Source: an uncultured delta proteobacterium
GTDB lineage: Bacteria; Myxococcota_A; Polyangia; Polyangiales; B10-G4
Reading direction: 5' to 3'
NCBI GenBank assembly: GCA_963727445.1
Contig: CAVSGI010000013.1
Coordinates: 320,001 to 384,000, forward strand
Length of the DNA stretch: 64,000 nt
Positions 39,794 through 50,668 of the stretch are shown piece after piece. The position numbers and the translations under genes are program-made. The first letter of the stretch is position 1. Every line of letters starts with the position of its first letter. A model generated the notes under the pieces. It had not been told where the DNA came from, ran no database searches, and saw only the letters and a program-made list of their open reading frames with translations.

Positions 39794-41821
39794 TCAGCCG
39801 AGCACGCTGCAGATGTTCGAGACGCAGCTTCCCTCGCCTGCACAGCAGTCGCCGTCGTCGCGGCACGCTTCGCCGCGCATCGAGCACGTCGGTACGTCCG
39901 GTGGCACGCAGACCGGTCCGGCGCCGACGTCGCGACAGAAGCCGCTGCAGCACTCGCCGCTCGCCGCGCACTCGCGGCCGTCGGCGCGGCAGGCCTCCTC
40001 GGCCCAGAACGCGGCCATGTTCTGGTGCGTGACGTCCTGCTGTGGAATCCAATAGGGCACGCGGCTCGGATCGCTGCCCGCGCTCGGCGCATTCGAGACC
40101 GCGCTCACCCAGAGCTGCCGGCGGCCGGTGCCGCGAGTGCCGACCTGCGCGTTGCCGTAGTCGCGCGCCGCTGAAGAACGCGAGCCAGAAGTAGCCGCCG
40201 GCGTCGAAGGGCGAGAACGTCGGGTAGTAGCTGTTCTGCGCGCCTCCGTTGAGCGCGGCGAGGTCGATCGGCCGAGCCATCCATCCCCACGAGGCGGATT
40301 GCGGCGGGGTACTGCGTGCCGGCGTTGTTCGAGCGGCTGTTCGCGCCGCTCTGGATGGCGATCCAGGCGAGTCGGGCGACCACGACGGGCGGGCGATCGC
40401 GCTTCCGCCGCCGGCCAGGAGCACGCGTCGATGCGCCGAAGGTGTCCGGCCCGGTGACGGGGATGATCCCGAGATCGCTCGCCGTGAAGTCGACGCCCCA
40501 GCTGGCGCCGTTGTGGTTGGTGACGAACGCGATCGAATTGCCGTCGGGCGACCACTCGGGTTGCGCCGAGGCCGTCGTCGGAAGCGGCGTGCCGCTCGGC
40601 GTCAAGCGCGCGCCCGGTCGTCGCGTCGACGAGGAAGATCTCGTTGGCCCAGTTCGCGATCAGCCGCGTCGCGTCGGGGTTGAAGCTCGAGGTGAGCCAG
40701 CGCGTCGTCGTCGGCGGCACGAGCGTGGGCGCAGGATCGGCGGTGAGATCGGCGGTGAGATCGAAGACCGCGCCGAAGCCCCGCGAGGCGTCCCAGATCT
40801 CGGCGGCCATGCGGCGTCCGTCGCGGCTGACCGTGTGGCACGCGACGCAGCGCTCGCCGTCGCTCGCGCGCGGCGGCGGGTTGGGCAGGAAGCTCTCGAG
40901 GCCGCTGCCGTCGCCGCCGATGCGCAGGATGCGACCGCTCGGAGGTCCCAGTAGTAGATCGCGCCGGTGATCGAGGCGGTGGCGAAGTCGAAGCTGCGCG
41001 GCGTGCCCCCGATCGTCTCGCTCGTGGCGGCGATCCAGCGGTCGACCACGATGCTCGTGCTCTCGCCCCCGCTCGAATCGGCCAGCGCGCGCCACTCGTC
41101 GCGGCCGATCGCCCAGTCGAAGCCGAAGCCCGCGCCCGAGTGGAGCACGTAGGCGGTGAGCGTCGACGTGCGGCGCGCTGAGCGTGACGCGGTAGAGGTC
41201 GCCGTCGGCGCCGCGCTCCCACTGCACGTCGGGCGGGTAGACGTTCTGCGGGAAGAGCGTGCCGTCGAGCGGATAGAGGAGGTTGGCTGCGCGCGGGGCG
41301 TCGTCGGTAGGTGCACCGAAGCGCGAGGCTGCGTCGGCGGGGACGCCCGGCCCGAGCACGCTGCGGGTCAGCGAGACCGTCAGCGTCGTCGTCGCGCTCA
41401 TGCCGAGGGCGTCGGCCTGGATCGTCTCGACGCCGCCGATGTCGCCGTCGACGGTGAAGACGCCCGTGGTCGAGTCGATGTCGCCGAGGCGGCTCGAGGC
41501 CGCCGACCAGAACACGGTGCCGAGCGTGGACGTGCTGCCGTCGCTCCAGCTCGCCTGCAGCTGGAAGTCGACTGACTGTGGGGTGCCGTCCGAGGTCACG
41601 CTCGGATCGGCTGGCGTGATCGCGATCGAGACGACCGCGGGAGGCGCGGCCACGTCGGAGCGCGCGTCGTCGCGCATGCTCGCGTCCAGGCTCGCGCGCG
41701 GCTCGCACGTGCCGTCGATGCAGATGTCGGTCGACGCGCAGTCGGCGCTGGTGGAGCAGACGCCCGGGGTCGGTCCCGAGCCACAGGCAGACAAGAGGAT
41801 CGCGAGGAAAAGCCGGCGCAT
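39794..41821 (-). pseudogene. TolB-like beta-propeller lipoprotein with Ig-like domain; several frameshifts
   Basis: Lipobox LLSA-C; YPLDGTLFPQN, GAIYYW, CVACHTVSRDG, QPEWSPDG, YYPTFSP, YFWLAF lie in three different frames. Confidence 0.7.
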
Positions 41822-42282
41822 GCGATCACGTTACCAGCTCTCTGCAGAGCTCGGTCATCGCTGTGTGGGCGGGCAGCCCCAGATCCCGGTTTCGCGCCTC
41901 CTGCCTCGGGATCCCGAGAACATACACGCTGGCCGACGAGGGGGCGCTCGCTTCGTGGCATGCTCGGGCCATGGGGACGACGTTTCCGGCTCGCCGAGGT
42001 GTTCGCTGAACACGGTCGGAGGCCGCGATCGGCTCCGGCCTCTACGACGCAGGGCGCATCCTGCGCGAGCTCCCCCTCCCGATTCCGGACCTCCTCGTCG
42101 CACCGGTGCACGAGCGGAGATTTCGCTACCGCTCCGGCCCGTGCTCCGCCGAGCACGACGAGGTCAGCGTCAACGGCGCGACATACCAGTCGATCGCGGT
42201 CGAAGCCGAGCGACTCGACGTCGTGCACGCGCTCTCGGAAGCCATCCACCTCGACCAGTACCGTGGGTCGTACCGAAAAGGG

Positions 42283-42552
42283 ATTGATGCCCTCTCGAAG
42301 AGACGGCTTCGGGCTGCGGACGACGACGGTGGTGAAGAAACCGTACATCACGACCACCCATGACGCGATGCCGGCAAACCACACCAGCAAACGCACCAGG
42401 AGGAGCGAGCTGAGGACACCGTACGACCCGAGGTTGACCCAGAGCAGCCCCGTGGCGATTCGTGGCAACCCAGATGCTTCTGCCGCGATCGAGACGATCC
42501 CCGTGGCCATCACGAGCGCGAAGTAGCCCGGAAACAGCGTCTCGATGCCCCG
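42283..42552 (-). pseudogene. Fragment of a TDT/SLAC1 (tellurite-resistance/dicarboxylate transporter) gene
   Basis: TLFPGYFALVMATGIVSIA signature, MYGFFT...KPSL.EGIN; only ~90 aa, no start or C-terminus. Confidence 0.65.
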
Positions 42553-42711
42553 TGCTGGACCTCTCGGACTGCGACGTGGCGCGGGGCGACGGCGGCGCGG
42601 GCGGCGCGGGCGGCGTGGGTGGGCGCGGTCAGAGCGGCGGCGCGGGCGGATGCGCTCGTCGCTCGCCTCGCTGATTGACAACCGCCGATCCGGCGTCGCA
42701 AATCGACCGTC

Positions 42712-43404
42712 ATGGCAACCCCAAACGACCATCACAGCGCGCACTACCGAAAGAAGGCCATCCCCCCGTGGCTGGTCTCGGCGCTGATGGCAGGTCCGCG
42801 GCGACGCATCTACGAGCGTTTCGCTGCCGCGTTCCCACCCGAGCGCGAACAACGGGTCCTCGATCTCGGCGTCAACGCGTCGTCCGACCGACCCGAGGGC
42901 TACTACTTCGAGCGGCACTACCCCCACCTCGATCGAGTGGTGGCCTGCGGCCTGGAGAGCCCCGAAGGGATCTCCGTCGCCTATCCTCAGGTCCAGTACG
43001 TCCAGAACACCCGAGAAGCCGAGCGTCTTCCTTTCGAGGACGAGGAGTTCGACGTCGTGTTCTGCAACGCGGTGATCGAGCACGTGGGCACCCGCGACGC
43101 CCAGCGGCGATTCCTCGGAGAGATCCTGCGCGTCGGCAAGCGCGCGTTCGTCACCACCCCGAACCGCTGGTATCCAGTGGAGACGCACACCGTCGTGCCC
43201 CTGCTGCACTATCTGCCGGCGAACGTGTATCGACCTCTCTACCGCCGCATCGGCTTCGACTTCTTCTCGCACGAGGAGAACCTCAACCTCCTCGATCGCC
43301 GTGCGCTCCACGAGTTGCTCCCCTCCGGCGACGAGAGGCCGGTTCGGATCGACACGCTGACGTTCCTCGGTTTGCCCTCGAATCTCCTCCTCTTCGTGGG
43401 CTGA
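42712..43404 (+). CDS. Class I SAM-dependent methyltransferase
   Basis: VLDLG, LPFEDEEFDVVFCNAVIEHV, TPNRWYPVETH. Confidence 0.88.
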   Translation: MATPNDHHSAHYRKKAIPPWLVSALMAGPRRRIYERFAAAFPPEREQRVLDLGVNASSDRPEGYYFERHYPHLDRVVACGLESPEGISVAYPQVQYVQNTREAERLPFEDEEFDVVFCNAVIEHVGTRDAQRRFLGEILRVGKRAFVTTPNRWYPVETHTVVPLLHYLPANVYRPLYRRIGFDFFSHEENLNLLDRRALHELLPSGDERPVRIDTLTFLGLPSNLLLFVG

Positions 43405-43465
43405 ATCTGGCAAGGCGCGCGCGGCGTTCGAGATCCAGTTGGGCAGCGCGGGGTGCTACGGTGTC

Positions 43466-44128
43466 GTGGTGTTCAGATGGCTTGCGACGGCGATTCTGCT
43501 TCTGACGCTGAGCGCATGCAGGTGCGGTTACCGGGTCGCCGGTAACCCGGACGCGACGGACACGGCGATGGACGCTCCGATGGACGCGGCGGCGGACGTT
43601 TCCCCGGACACGCCGATGGACACGGCGGTGGACGCCCCGATGGACACGGCGATGGACGTCCCGACGGACGCGTCCATGGACGTCCCGACGGACACGCCGA
43701 TGGACGTCCCGATGGACACGCCGATGGACGTCCCGACGGACACGTCCATGGATACGCTCGTCGATGGTGATGCGTCTGGTCCTTGCGGGATGAGCTGCGC
43801 TGCCGACGAGGCCTGTCTGAGCCTGAGCACCGGCTCGGTCTGCATGACGTGCGCGGAGATGGAGGCGGGGTACGCGGCGCTCGTGGCCATGGATTCTTGC
43901 ACCGTCTCCACGGATTGCCGGCATGTGCTCGGCGCGTGCGACATCGGTCTCGGCACCGAGTGCTACTACGCTTTGAACATCTCCGTGGCCATCTCGGACG
44001 TCGGCGCGTTCGCACCAGCGTGGATGTCCACCTGTACGGTACGAGACCGTTGCTCCACCATGTGCGGGATGTTTCCCGGCCCTGGAACGCGACCCGACTG
44101 CACCAGCAGCACGTGCATTCCGCGATGA
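43466..44128 (+). CDS. Lipoprotein with Asp-x-x-x tetrapeptide repeat stalk and Cys-rich C-terminus
   Basis: Lipobox TLSA-C; DTPM/DVPT repeats; Cys-rich C-terminal domain. Confidence 0.7.
   Translation: MVFRWLATAILLLTLSACRCGYRVAGNPDATDTAMDAPMDAAADVSPDTPMDTAVDAPMDTAMDVPTDASMDVPTDTPMDVPMDTPMDVPTDTSMDTLVDGDASGPCGMSCAADEACLSLSTGSVCMTCAEMEAGYAALVAMDSCTVSTDCRHVLGACDIGLGTECYYALNISVAISDVGAFAPAWMSTCTVRDRCSTMCGMFPGPGTRPDCTSSTCIPR
43559..43762 (+). repeat. About 17 degenerate 12-bp coding repeats
   Basis: GACACGCCGATG / GACGTCCCGACG-type units. Confidence 0.85.
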
Positions 44129-44135
44129 CTCGGCT

Positions 44136-45383
44136 TCACCGTTCGCACACCAGGCCGGCGACGTAGATCTGGTTTCCGACGGACGCCGGGTCGTGTTGGG
44201 CGGTGTAGGCGATGATGGCGTCGTCGTCGTGGCCGCGAATCATGGGGGCGCGCAGGAACTGGCCTTCGTCGAGCTCGAAACGCTCCTCGACATCACCATC
44301 GTCGGTGAGGCGGAGCGCAACGAGCTTCGTGTGTCGGCCGCTGCGGTCGCCCGGGTCGCTCTCCACGTAGGCGAGCCAGATGGCGCGGCGCGTGCGGAGA
44401 AGGGAGAGGCCTCCGTCTCGATAGGCGGGCGCGGCGAGCACGGTCGGCGCGGTCAGCGGATGACCCTCGTGATCGGTCGTGAAAGCCTGCAGCTCGCGCT
44501 CTTGAGTGTCGGGGTCTCCGTCGGGTGCTTGGAGCCAGGTGACGAGCGAGCGGCCGCGTGTCGTCGGGACGACTCGAATGCGACTCGCCGCCGCGAACGG
44601 CGGGAGGTCCACCACATCAGCGACCGGATCGCCGCGCGGACCGATGCGCTGCGCGCGGGCCCGCGTCGGCGCGACGCCGCGGCTCATGGCGACCACGAGC
44701 ATCGATCCGTCCTCGTCCGTCGCGCGCGACCACCAGATCGCGCCGTCGAGGATCTCAATCGGGTCACTCACCCACAACACGCGACCGCCACTGGGATCGA
44801 CCATGAAGAGCGACCGGGACCCGTCGCCGGATGGTTCGTCGAAGAAGGCGAAGCCTTCGGTCGTTGCGCGAGGGATGGCGCAGGTGGGCCGGTCGATGCG
44901 TGTGAGATCGGTGCGCGGCGTGCCGTCCCGAGCGACGAAGCGCGTGAAGCAGTGGTCCTCGTCCCAGCTCGAGACGAGAATGTCGTCGTCGCGCGCGCTC
45001 TCGGCCATGTAGAGCGCGCCGATGACCCACCGAGTCAGCGGAAAGACGACCTGCTCGGGCGCGACGGGGCCGTCGACGTCGATGCGGCGGAGCCTCCGGT
45101 CCTCGGACCGATACGCCATGAGGTAACCGTCGGACATCGCGAGCGCATTGTCGTGATAGTGCTCGTGCGCCCCGGACGTGAGCTGCCAGGGTGCGTGCGC
45201 CGTCCAGGTGCACGCGGGGAGGGGAACCGCATCGGGAGGGGCGTCGGTGCTTCCGCCGTCATCGGCGCCGCCATCAGGGGGCCTCGTGGCGGCGTCCGCT
45301 GCGCGTTCGTGGCTGAGGTAGCACGCCGGAGCGACCGTGGTGAGGAGCGCGACGACGACGAGAGCAGTGAAGGGAGAGTTCAT
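44136..45383 (-). CDS. Hypothetical lipoprotein, probably a beta-propeller
   Basis: ATG 45383, lipobox VAPA-C YLSHER; repeated beta-strand motifs. Confidence 0.65.
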   Translation of the reverse strand: MNSPFTALVVVALLTTVAPACYLSHERAADAATRPPDGGADDGGSTDAPPDAVPLPACTWTAHAPWQLTSGAHEHYHDNALAMSDGYLMAYRSEDRRLRRIDVDGPVAPEQVVFPLTRWVIGALYMAESARDDDILVSSWDEDHCFTRFVARDGTPRTDLTRIDRPTCAIPRATTEGFAFFDEPSGDGSRSLFMVDPSGGRVLWVSDPIEILDGAIWWSRATDEDGSMLVVAMSRGVAPTRARAQRIGPRGDPVADVVDLPPFAAASRIRVVPTTRGRSLVTWLQAPDGDPDTQERELQAFTTDHEGHPLTAPTVLAAPAYRDGGLSLLRTRRAIWLAYVESDPGDRSGRHTKLVALRLTDDGDVEERFELDEGQFLRAPMIRGHDDDAIIAYTAQHDPASVGNQIYVAGLVCER

Positions 45384-45492
45384 GGCGCGGCGGTTCGGCG
45401 AGTGGGCGAGCACTGGCCCATCGTATCCAACTTCACGCCGGACGAGCAGCCCGCCGCGGCTCGACGAGCCTCCGAGCTGGTATGATGACGTC

Positions 45493-47091
45493 GTGGCCCT
45501 TGGAGGGAGAGCCGCGGTTTTCGCGATGGTCTCAGCGTTGCTGCTCGTGGCGGGCTGCGCCAACGAAACCGCGGTCTACGTGGTGATCGACGCGCAGGAC
45601 CTCGGGCGCGTGCGCGCGAGCGTCCTGTCGGTCCGTGCGTTCGGGCCCGACGGCGAAGCGATGCTGGACGTGGCTCGCTTTCCGCTCGACGACGCACCGC
45701 TGCCGCGGGTCATTCGGCTCACCCCCTCGAACGGAGACGCGTCGCGCCGTTGGGTGCTCGTCGCGCAGCTCGAGCGAGAGGATGGGTCGATCGTCAACGA
45801 GAACCGATTGGTTGGCGGGTTCGTCCAGGGGGCGACGCGGCACGCGCTTCTGTGTGTAGAAGACTCGTGCCTGGGCGCGGCGTGCGGCGGCGCTCCCGAC
45901 GGCTGTGATCCAAACGTTCTGGGATCGGCCTGTGAGGGCTGTAGCGATGGTCTCTGCGCGCGGATCGAGGCCGAGTTGTTGACGGACGGCGCGGGCATTC
46001 GCTGCCCGCCCCGCCCCCCGCCACCCGAAGCGATGTGCGGCGACGCGGCCGACAACGACGCGGACGGGTTGATCGACTGCGCCGACGAAGACTGCGAGCG
46101 CCGACCGTGCAGTCCGGCGGGCGACGCATGCGTCGGCGGAGAGTGCATCTGCCTCGACGAGGCGACGGAGACGAATTGCGGCGACGGACTCGACGAAGAC
46201 TGCAACGGCGCCATCGATTGTGCCGACGCGCAGTGTGAGGGCATGCCGTGTGACGACGGTTTGGCCTGCACGACGGGCGAGGTTTGTACGGACGGCGCTT
46301 GCGTCGGTCTGCCCACGGACTGCGACGACGGCATCCCCTGTACGATAGACCGCTGCGACGACGACCGCGGCTGTGTCAACACGCCGAACGACTCGATGTG
46401 CGACGACCGGATCCTTTGCACGACGGACGTCTGTAGCGCGACCGACGGCTGCGTGATCATTCCCGATGCCAGTCGGTGCGACGACCATGTCCTATGCACT
46501 GAAGACGCTTGCGTTCGAGGGATTGGATGCGTCAACACGTCCAACGACGACCTCTGCGACTCCGACCGATGCAACTACGGCGTCTGTCGGCCCCCCACCG
46601 GCTGTCAGTTGGTCCCGCACGACGGCATCGACTGCGACGACGGCAACCCCTGCACCGACGGCGACGTCTGCTCTGGGGGGACGTGCAGTGGGACCAAGAA
46701 GAACTGCGACGACGGCATGCCCTGCACCGACGACTATTGCGACGGTGGCGTGTGCCGAAACAGTCCCTTACCGCAAGGGACGGCGTGCGGAACCGAACGG
46801 ACCTGTTGTGACGGCTTTTGCAGATGGATGGGGAGCGACAACCACTGCGGCGGTTGCCGTCAGGATTGTCGCGGCGGTTTTGGGTGCCGCTCCGTGCCTG
46901 GCGTGCCGGGCCGGTTCCACTGCAACTGCGACGGGCCCACCGCGGAGTGCCCCCACGGGCAGACTTGCATCCAGCCCCACGACGAGTCGATATATCGCTG
47001 CGCCTGCACGGACGACTCTCAATGCCGTTTCTCGAACAACACGTGCAGGACGCGCTCGGGCACTTTCAACTACTGCGCCTACGACGAGTGA
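45493..47091 (+). CDS. Cys-rich repeat lipoprotein
   Basis: Lipobox LVAG-C; DNDADGLIDCAD.DC repeats, several CDDGxxCTxDxC repeats, HCGGC. Confidence 0.75.
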   Translation: MALGGRAAVFAMVSALLLVAGCANETAVYVVIDAQDLGRVRASVLSVRAFGPDGEAMLDVARFPLDDAPLPRVIRLTPSNGDASRRWVLVAQLEREDGSIVNENRLVGGFVQGATRHALLCVEDSCLGAACGGAPDGCDPNVLGSACEGCSDGLCARIEAELLTDGAGIRCPPRPPPPEAMCGDAADNDADGLIDCADEDCERRPCSPAGDACVGGECICLDEATETNCGDGLDEDCNGAIDCADAQCEGMPCDDGLACTTGEVCTDGACVGLPTDCDDGIPCTIDRCDDDRGCVNTPNDSMCDDRILCTTDVCSATDGCVIIPDASRCDDHVLCTEDACVRGIGCVNTSNDDLCDSDRCNYGVCRPPTGCQLVPHDGIDCDDGNPCTDGDVCSGGTCSGTKKNCDDGMPCTDDYCDGGVCRNSPLPQGTACGTERTCCDGFCRWMGSDNHCGGCRQDCRGGFGCRSVPGVPGRFHCNCDGPTAECPHGQTCIQPHDESIYRCACTDDSQCRFSNNTCRTRSGTFNYCAYDE

Positions 47092-47145
47092 GGCCGACGA
47101 GACCTTCGGGTCGACGCCGCATCAGCCACCGCGCCACCCTTCATC

Positions 47146-47616
47146 GTGACCGAGCAGAAGAAGAAGAAGACAGACCCGCCAGCGATCTTCCTGGTCGGAG
47201 TCTTGACGAGTCTCATATGCACTTTCCTGCTCGTCGGAGGGGCGTGCGATGCGACGGAGATCACCTGCGAGCGGGCAGAGAGAGTCGACTGCTCCGTCGC
47301 GACGAAGCTCTTCGGCTGGAAGCGCTCGCGTCGAACGATCTTCGACGTCGTGGCGGCCTCCTACGACTACGATCAGCCGAGCCGCACGGATCTGGCCTTC
47401 GCCCACAGCGCATCGGGCGGACGCCTGTACCTCGAGTCGACCGACAGAGCGGTGAGCGAGGCCCTCGCCGCGTTCCTCGCCGACCCTGGCCAGGACACCT
47501 TTCACCTGATGAAGGAGCCTCCGGCCGCCGGCCTGCTCGTGCTCATCGGCGTCGGTCTCATCATGGTCATCGGGGGCCTTTTCAAGTGGCGTTCGAAGCG
47601 GCGTTCCCTCGACTGA
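47146..47616 (+). CDS. Small two-TM membrane protein
   Basis: Hydrophobic helices at both ends, C.R...DC loop. Confidence 0.55.
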   Translation: MTEQKKKKTDPPAIFLVGVLTSLICTFLLVGGACDATEITCERAERVDCSVATKLFGWKRSRRTIFDVVAASYDYDQPSRTDLAFAHSASGGRLYLESTDRAVSEALAAFLADPGQDTFHLMKEPPAAGLLVLIGVGLIMVIGGLFKWRSKRRSLD

Positions 47617-47728
47617 GCACGGGACGCTGCGCGAGCGCCCTGGACCCGCCAATAGGCCCGCGGCACTGGCCCGCAAGACCTGCATTCACCTTCGACAGTG
47701 GGGAGGTTGGGGTGTACATCTGCATTCG

Positions 47729-48796
47729 ATGGCAGACCAATACCCGGTGATCGTCGGATTGTCCCTCGATCATGAAACCGACGACATCCTCGAAGCGGCG
47801 AAGGAGCTCGGCCAACGGCTGAAGCGGCCGCTGCTGGTGGTTCACGCGATCAGCGAGCGTCGGCTCGAGAGCGAAAAAGGGCAGGCCAAGCGCATCGCAG
47901 AGGCGAAGGGCGAGCTCGTCCCTCATCTCGAAAAGCTCCGGGCCGCCGGACTCGTGGTCGAAGAGGAAGTCGCGATCGGGCGACCGGCCGACCTCGTGAT
48001 CGAAACGGCGCAACGGATCGGAGCGGAGCTCATCATCACCGGCGGCGGCAGACCGGCCACGGTTCGGCGCTGGCTGGTCGGTTCGGTGGCTGAGGCGGTG
48101 GTTCGCCACTCCTCGGCGCCGGTCTGGATCGCCCGAGGCGCGCCCCCCATCGGCCGCCCCGTCCTCTGTCCGGTCGACCTGAGCCCCCAGTCGAAGCTGG
48201 GCCTCGCCGCCGCCATCCGCATGGCGCGTGCCTTCGGTTCACCGCTCCGCGTGATGACGGTCCTCACCGACTTGCAGCTGAACGAGCTCGACGAGGACGA
48301 GGACGTCGCGAGGGGGCAGGTCGATGCGCTGCTCGCCGCTCACGACGTCGATGGGCTCGAGGTCAGCGTGAATGTCGACAGCGGGATCCCCGCGGCGAAG
48401 ATCGTGGAGGCGGCCGCCGACGCCGGCTTGCTCGTCGTCGGTAGCCGGGGCTTCGATCCCCTGATCCCCGACTGGCTGGGCCCGGTGACGACACGAACGC
48501 TGCGTCACAGCCGCTGCAGCGCGCTCACGATTCGGGAAGTCGACGTGGACCTGGAGCGGCGCGAGCACGCCATCGCGAACCTCGCGCATGCCCACCGGGA
48601 GGTTCGACGCTTGCTCGAGGAGCAGCAACCCCAGGACGCGCTCCCGTTGATCGAAGGTCTGGCGGAGCGCGCTCCCGCCAACGCCGAGATCCAGGAGACC
48701 TTCGCCATCACCCTCGAACGGGTGGGACGCAACGTCGAGGCGAGAGGCCGCCACGAGATCGCGAAGATGATCCGCAAGCGCATCGTCAACGACTGA
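47729..48796 (+). CDS. Universal stress protein (two USP domains) with TPR-like C-terminal extension
   Basis: LLVVHA, GRPADLV, WLVGSVAEAVVRH, VLCPVDLS, LLVVGSRG. Confidence 0.88.
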   Translation: MADQYPVIVGLSLDHETDDILEAAKELGQRLKRPLLVVHAISERRLESEKGQAKRIAEAKGELVPHLEKLRAAGLVVEEEVAIGRPADLVIETAQRIGAELIITGGGRPATVRRWLVGSVAEAVVRHSSAPVWIARGAPPIGRPVLCPVDLSPQSKLGLAAAIRMARAFGSPLRVMTVLTDLQLNELDEDEDVARGQVDALLAAHDVDGLEVSVNVDSGIPAAKIVEAAADAGLLVVGSRGFDPLIPDWLGPVTTRTLRHSRCSALTIREVDVDLERREHAIANLAHAHREVRRLLEEQQPQDALPLIEGLAERAPANAEIQETFAITLERVGRNVEARGRHEIAKMIRKRIVND

Positions 48797-48915
48797 GGCT
48801 TCGAAAACCAGGCCCTCCCTCCCGGGAGCGGCTCATGTCCTAGCCAGCCCACCGGCAGATTTCATTGGCTTTTTTTGCTCGAGAGCCAGGCATGTGTGTT
48901 GCTCCGAGTGATCAC

Positions 48916-50640
48916 ATGCGACGCACTCCCCTGCTCCTCATCCTCCTGTCCCTGCTCGGCGCCTGTGTGGCCGGCGACTCCGACAAGAGCGCCGCCGAGC
49001 CCTGGTCGCCTGGAAAGGCCGATGGCCAGTTCGAGATGCGCGAGGTGGGTCCCCTCGAGATGGGCGAGGCCCTCGCCATCGAGCTCGACGGCACCCTGCC
49101 CGCTTATCGGGTCGAGTCCTACGGCGACACGAAGCTCTCCATCGAGCTGCGGGGCCTGTCGGGGACGGATGCCTACGTGGTGGTCGAAGGCCCCCTCGAC
49201 GGCGATGGGGACGCGACCGTCGTGGGTCAGGCGGCGAAGGTCGACGAGGACGACGACTCGGGTGAAGGCTTCGACTCCCGCCTCGAGGTGAGCCTCGACG
49301 CGCCGGGCGTCTACCGAGTGCTCGCGGGGACCTACGAGTCGCTCGCTCTCGGCGATGCGCCCAGCGGCTCGCTCTCCCTCGAGGCGACCTGCACCGCGGG
49401 CTGCACCCGCCCCTCGATCCGCGCGGCCGAGCTCATCCGCACCCTGCAGCAGAGCGGCCAGCTCGAGCAGCTCACCACGATGCTCTCGGCGAAGCTCGCC
49501 GAGCTGGTGCCCGACGAGACCCAGCGCGCCGCGCTCGCGACGCAACTCGACAGGTTCATCGAGCAGGTTCAGGTCTCCGACGACGCCCGCTTCCCGGTCG
49601 TGCCCCTACGTCAGCTCGGAAGCCTCCGCGCGGCGCTCGGCCTCATGCCTTCCGAGCCGAGCGAGCCGGCAGCCGTCGTGACCGGCGATCTCATGAGCGT
49701 CCTCGGCGCCTGCGACGCGCCGCGCAACCGGCCGAGCCCCGTGAACCCCGCGCTCCCCGAGCTCGGCTACGGGCACTTCCCGAACCGTGCGCTCACCGCC
49801 TGCCAGGTCGCGCACAGCCAGAAGCTCGCACAGGTCTTCGCGTCTCTCGCAGCGAACAACGGTTCGAGCGTCACCTACGCCGGCGCCGACCACACGACCG
49901 CGCGCTCCCTGGTCGAGGCGCTCGTCGGCAGCGGACACACGGTCGAGGTGCGCAACGAGCGAACCTACGCGAACTTCCTCTCCTTCGCCTGGGGCGACGT
50001 GGACGTGGTCTGGCCGGTGTGGCTGGACACGGGCATGGACATCGAGGACGCGGCCTTCGCCATCCCGATGGGTCACAGCGGTCACGCATGGCGCATCAGC
50101 GGCCCAGACGTGAACGCGCGCGTGATGTTCTACCTCGGCATCAGCGGCGCCTCCTTCTTCGCGCAGACGCAGACCCGCCCCGCCTGGACGGGTGAGGTCG
50201 TGAGCGACTCGTCGACCAGCGACGACCCCGCCGGGCGCGAGCACGTGCTCTCGGCCCTCGACGCCGCATCGACCTACCTGCGCCGCATCGAGGTCGAGTC
50301 CTCGACCGTCGCGGCAGGCCTGCCCGCGGACGGCTACGGCTTCGTCGGCGTCTGCAACGACTCCAACGCGGCCATCGAGTACGTCACGCGCGGCACCATC
50401 ACCACCTACCCGCTGATGCGCGCCGCGAGCCTCGACGCCGAGGCACCCCTGAACGACGGCCTGGACGACGCCATCCGCGCGCTTCCGCACGACGCGGACG
50501 TCGCAGCGGAGCGCTCCGACGCGTTGCGCCGAATCGTGGCGATGGCGCCGCTCGCCGCGGACTCCCCGCTCTACCCCGACGCCGCGCTCGCGAGCCAGAT
50601 GCGGGCAGCGCGCGCCGAGGTCGCCGGCGCCAATCGCTGA
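48916..50640 (+). CDS. Lipoprotein with GKAD motif, PPC-like domain and unknown C-terminal domain
   Basis: Lipobox LLGA-C, GKADG, TDAYVVV...DDDSGEGFDSRL...GVYRV. Confidence 0.7.
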   Translation: MRRTPLLLILLSLLGACVAGDSDKSAAEPWSPGKADGQFEMREVGPLEMGEALAIELDGTLPAYRVESYGDTKLSIELRGLSGTDAYVVVEGPLDGDGDATVVGQAAKVDEDDDSGEGFDSRLEVSLDAPGVYRVLAGTYESLALGDAPSGSLSLEATCTAGCTRPSIRAAELIRTLQQSGQLEQLTTMLSAKLAELVPDETQRAALATQLDRFIEQVQVSDDARFPVVPLRQLGSLRAALGLMPSEPSEPAAVVTGDLMSVLGACDAPRNRPSPVNPALPELGYGHFPNRALTACQVAHSQKLAQVFASLAANNGSSVTYAGADHTTARSLVEALVGSGHTVEVRNERTYANFLSFAWGDVDVVWPVWLDTGMDIEDAAFAIPMGHSGHAWRISGPDVNARVMFYLGISGASFFAQTQTRPAWTGEVVSDSSTSDDPAGREHVLSALDAASTYLRRIEVESSTVAAGLPADGYGFVGVCNDSNAAIEYVTRGTITTYPLMRAASLDAEAPLNDGLDDAIRALPHDADVAAERSDALRRIVAMAPLAADSPLYPDAALASQMRAARAEVAGANR

Positions 50641-50668
50641 ACGACGAAGGCCGACGCGGCAGAGCGTC

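Noticed and set aside
39794..41000. CVACH as a c-type heme site making this a cytochrome
   Set aside because: A single CxxCH-like motif sits within a TolB-like propeller protein, and the gene is too frameshifted to support the claim.
43559..43762. 12-bp repeat array as a non-coding repeat or RiPP core array
   Set aside because: In-frame Asp-rich linker of a lipoprotein, like those at ~33960 and ~55140; no modifying enzyme is clearly linked.
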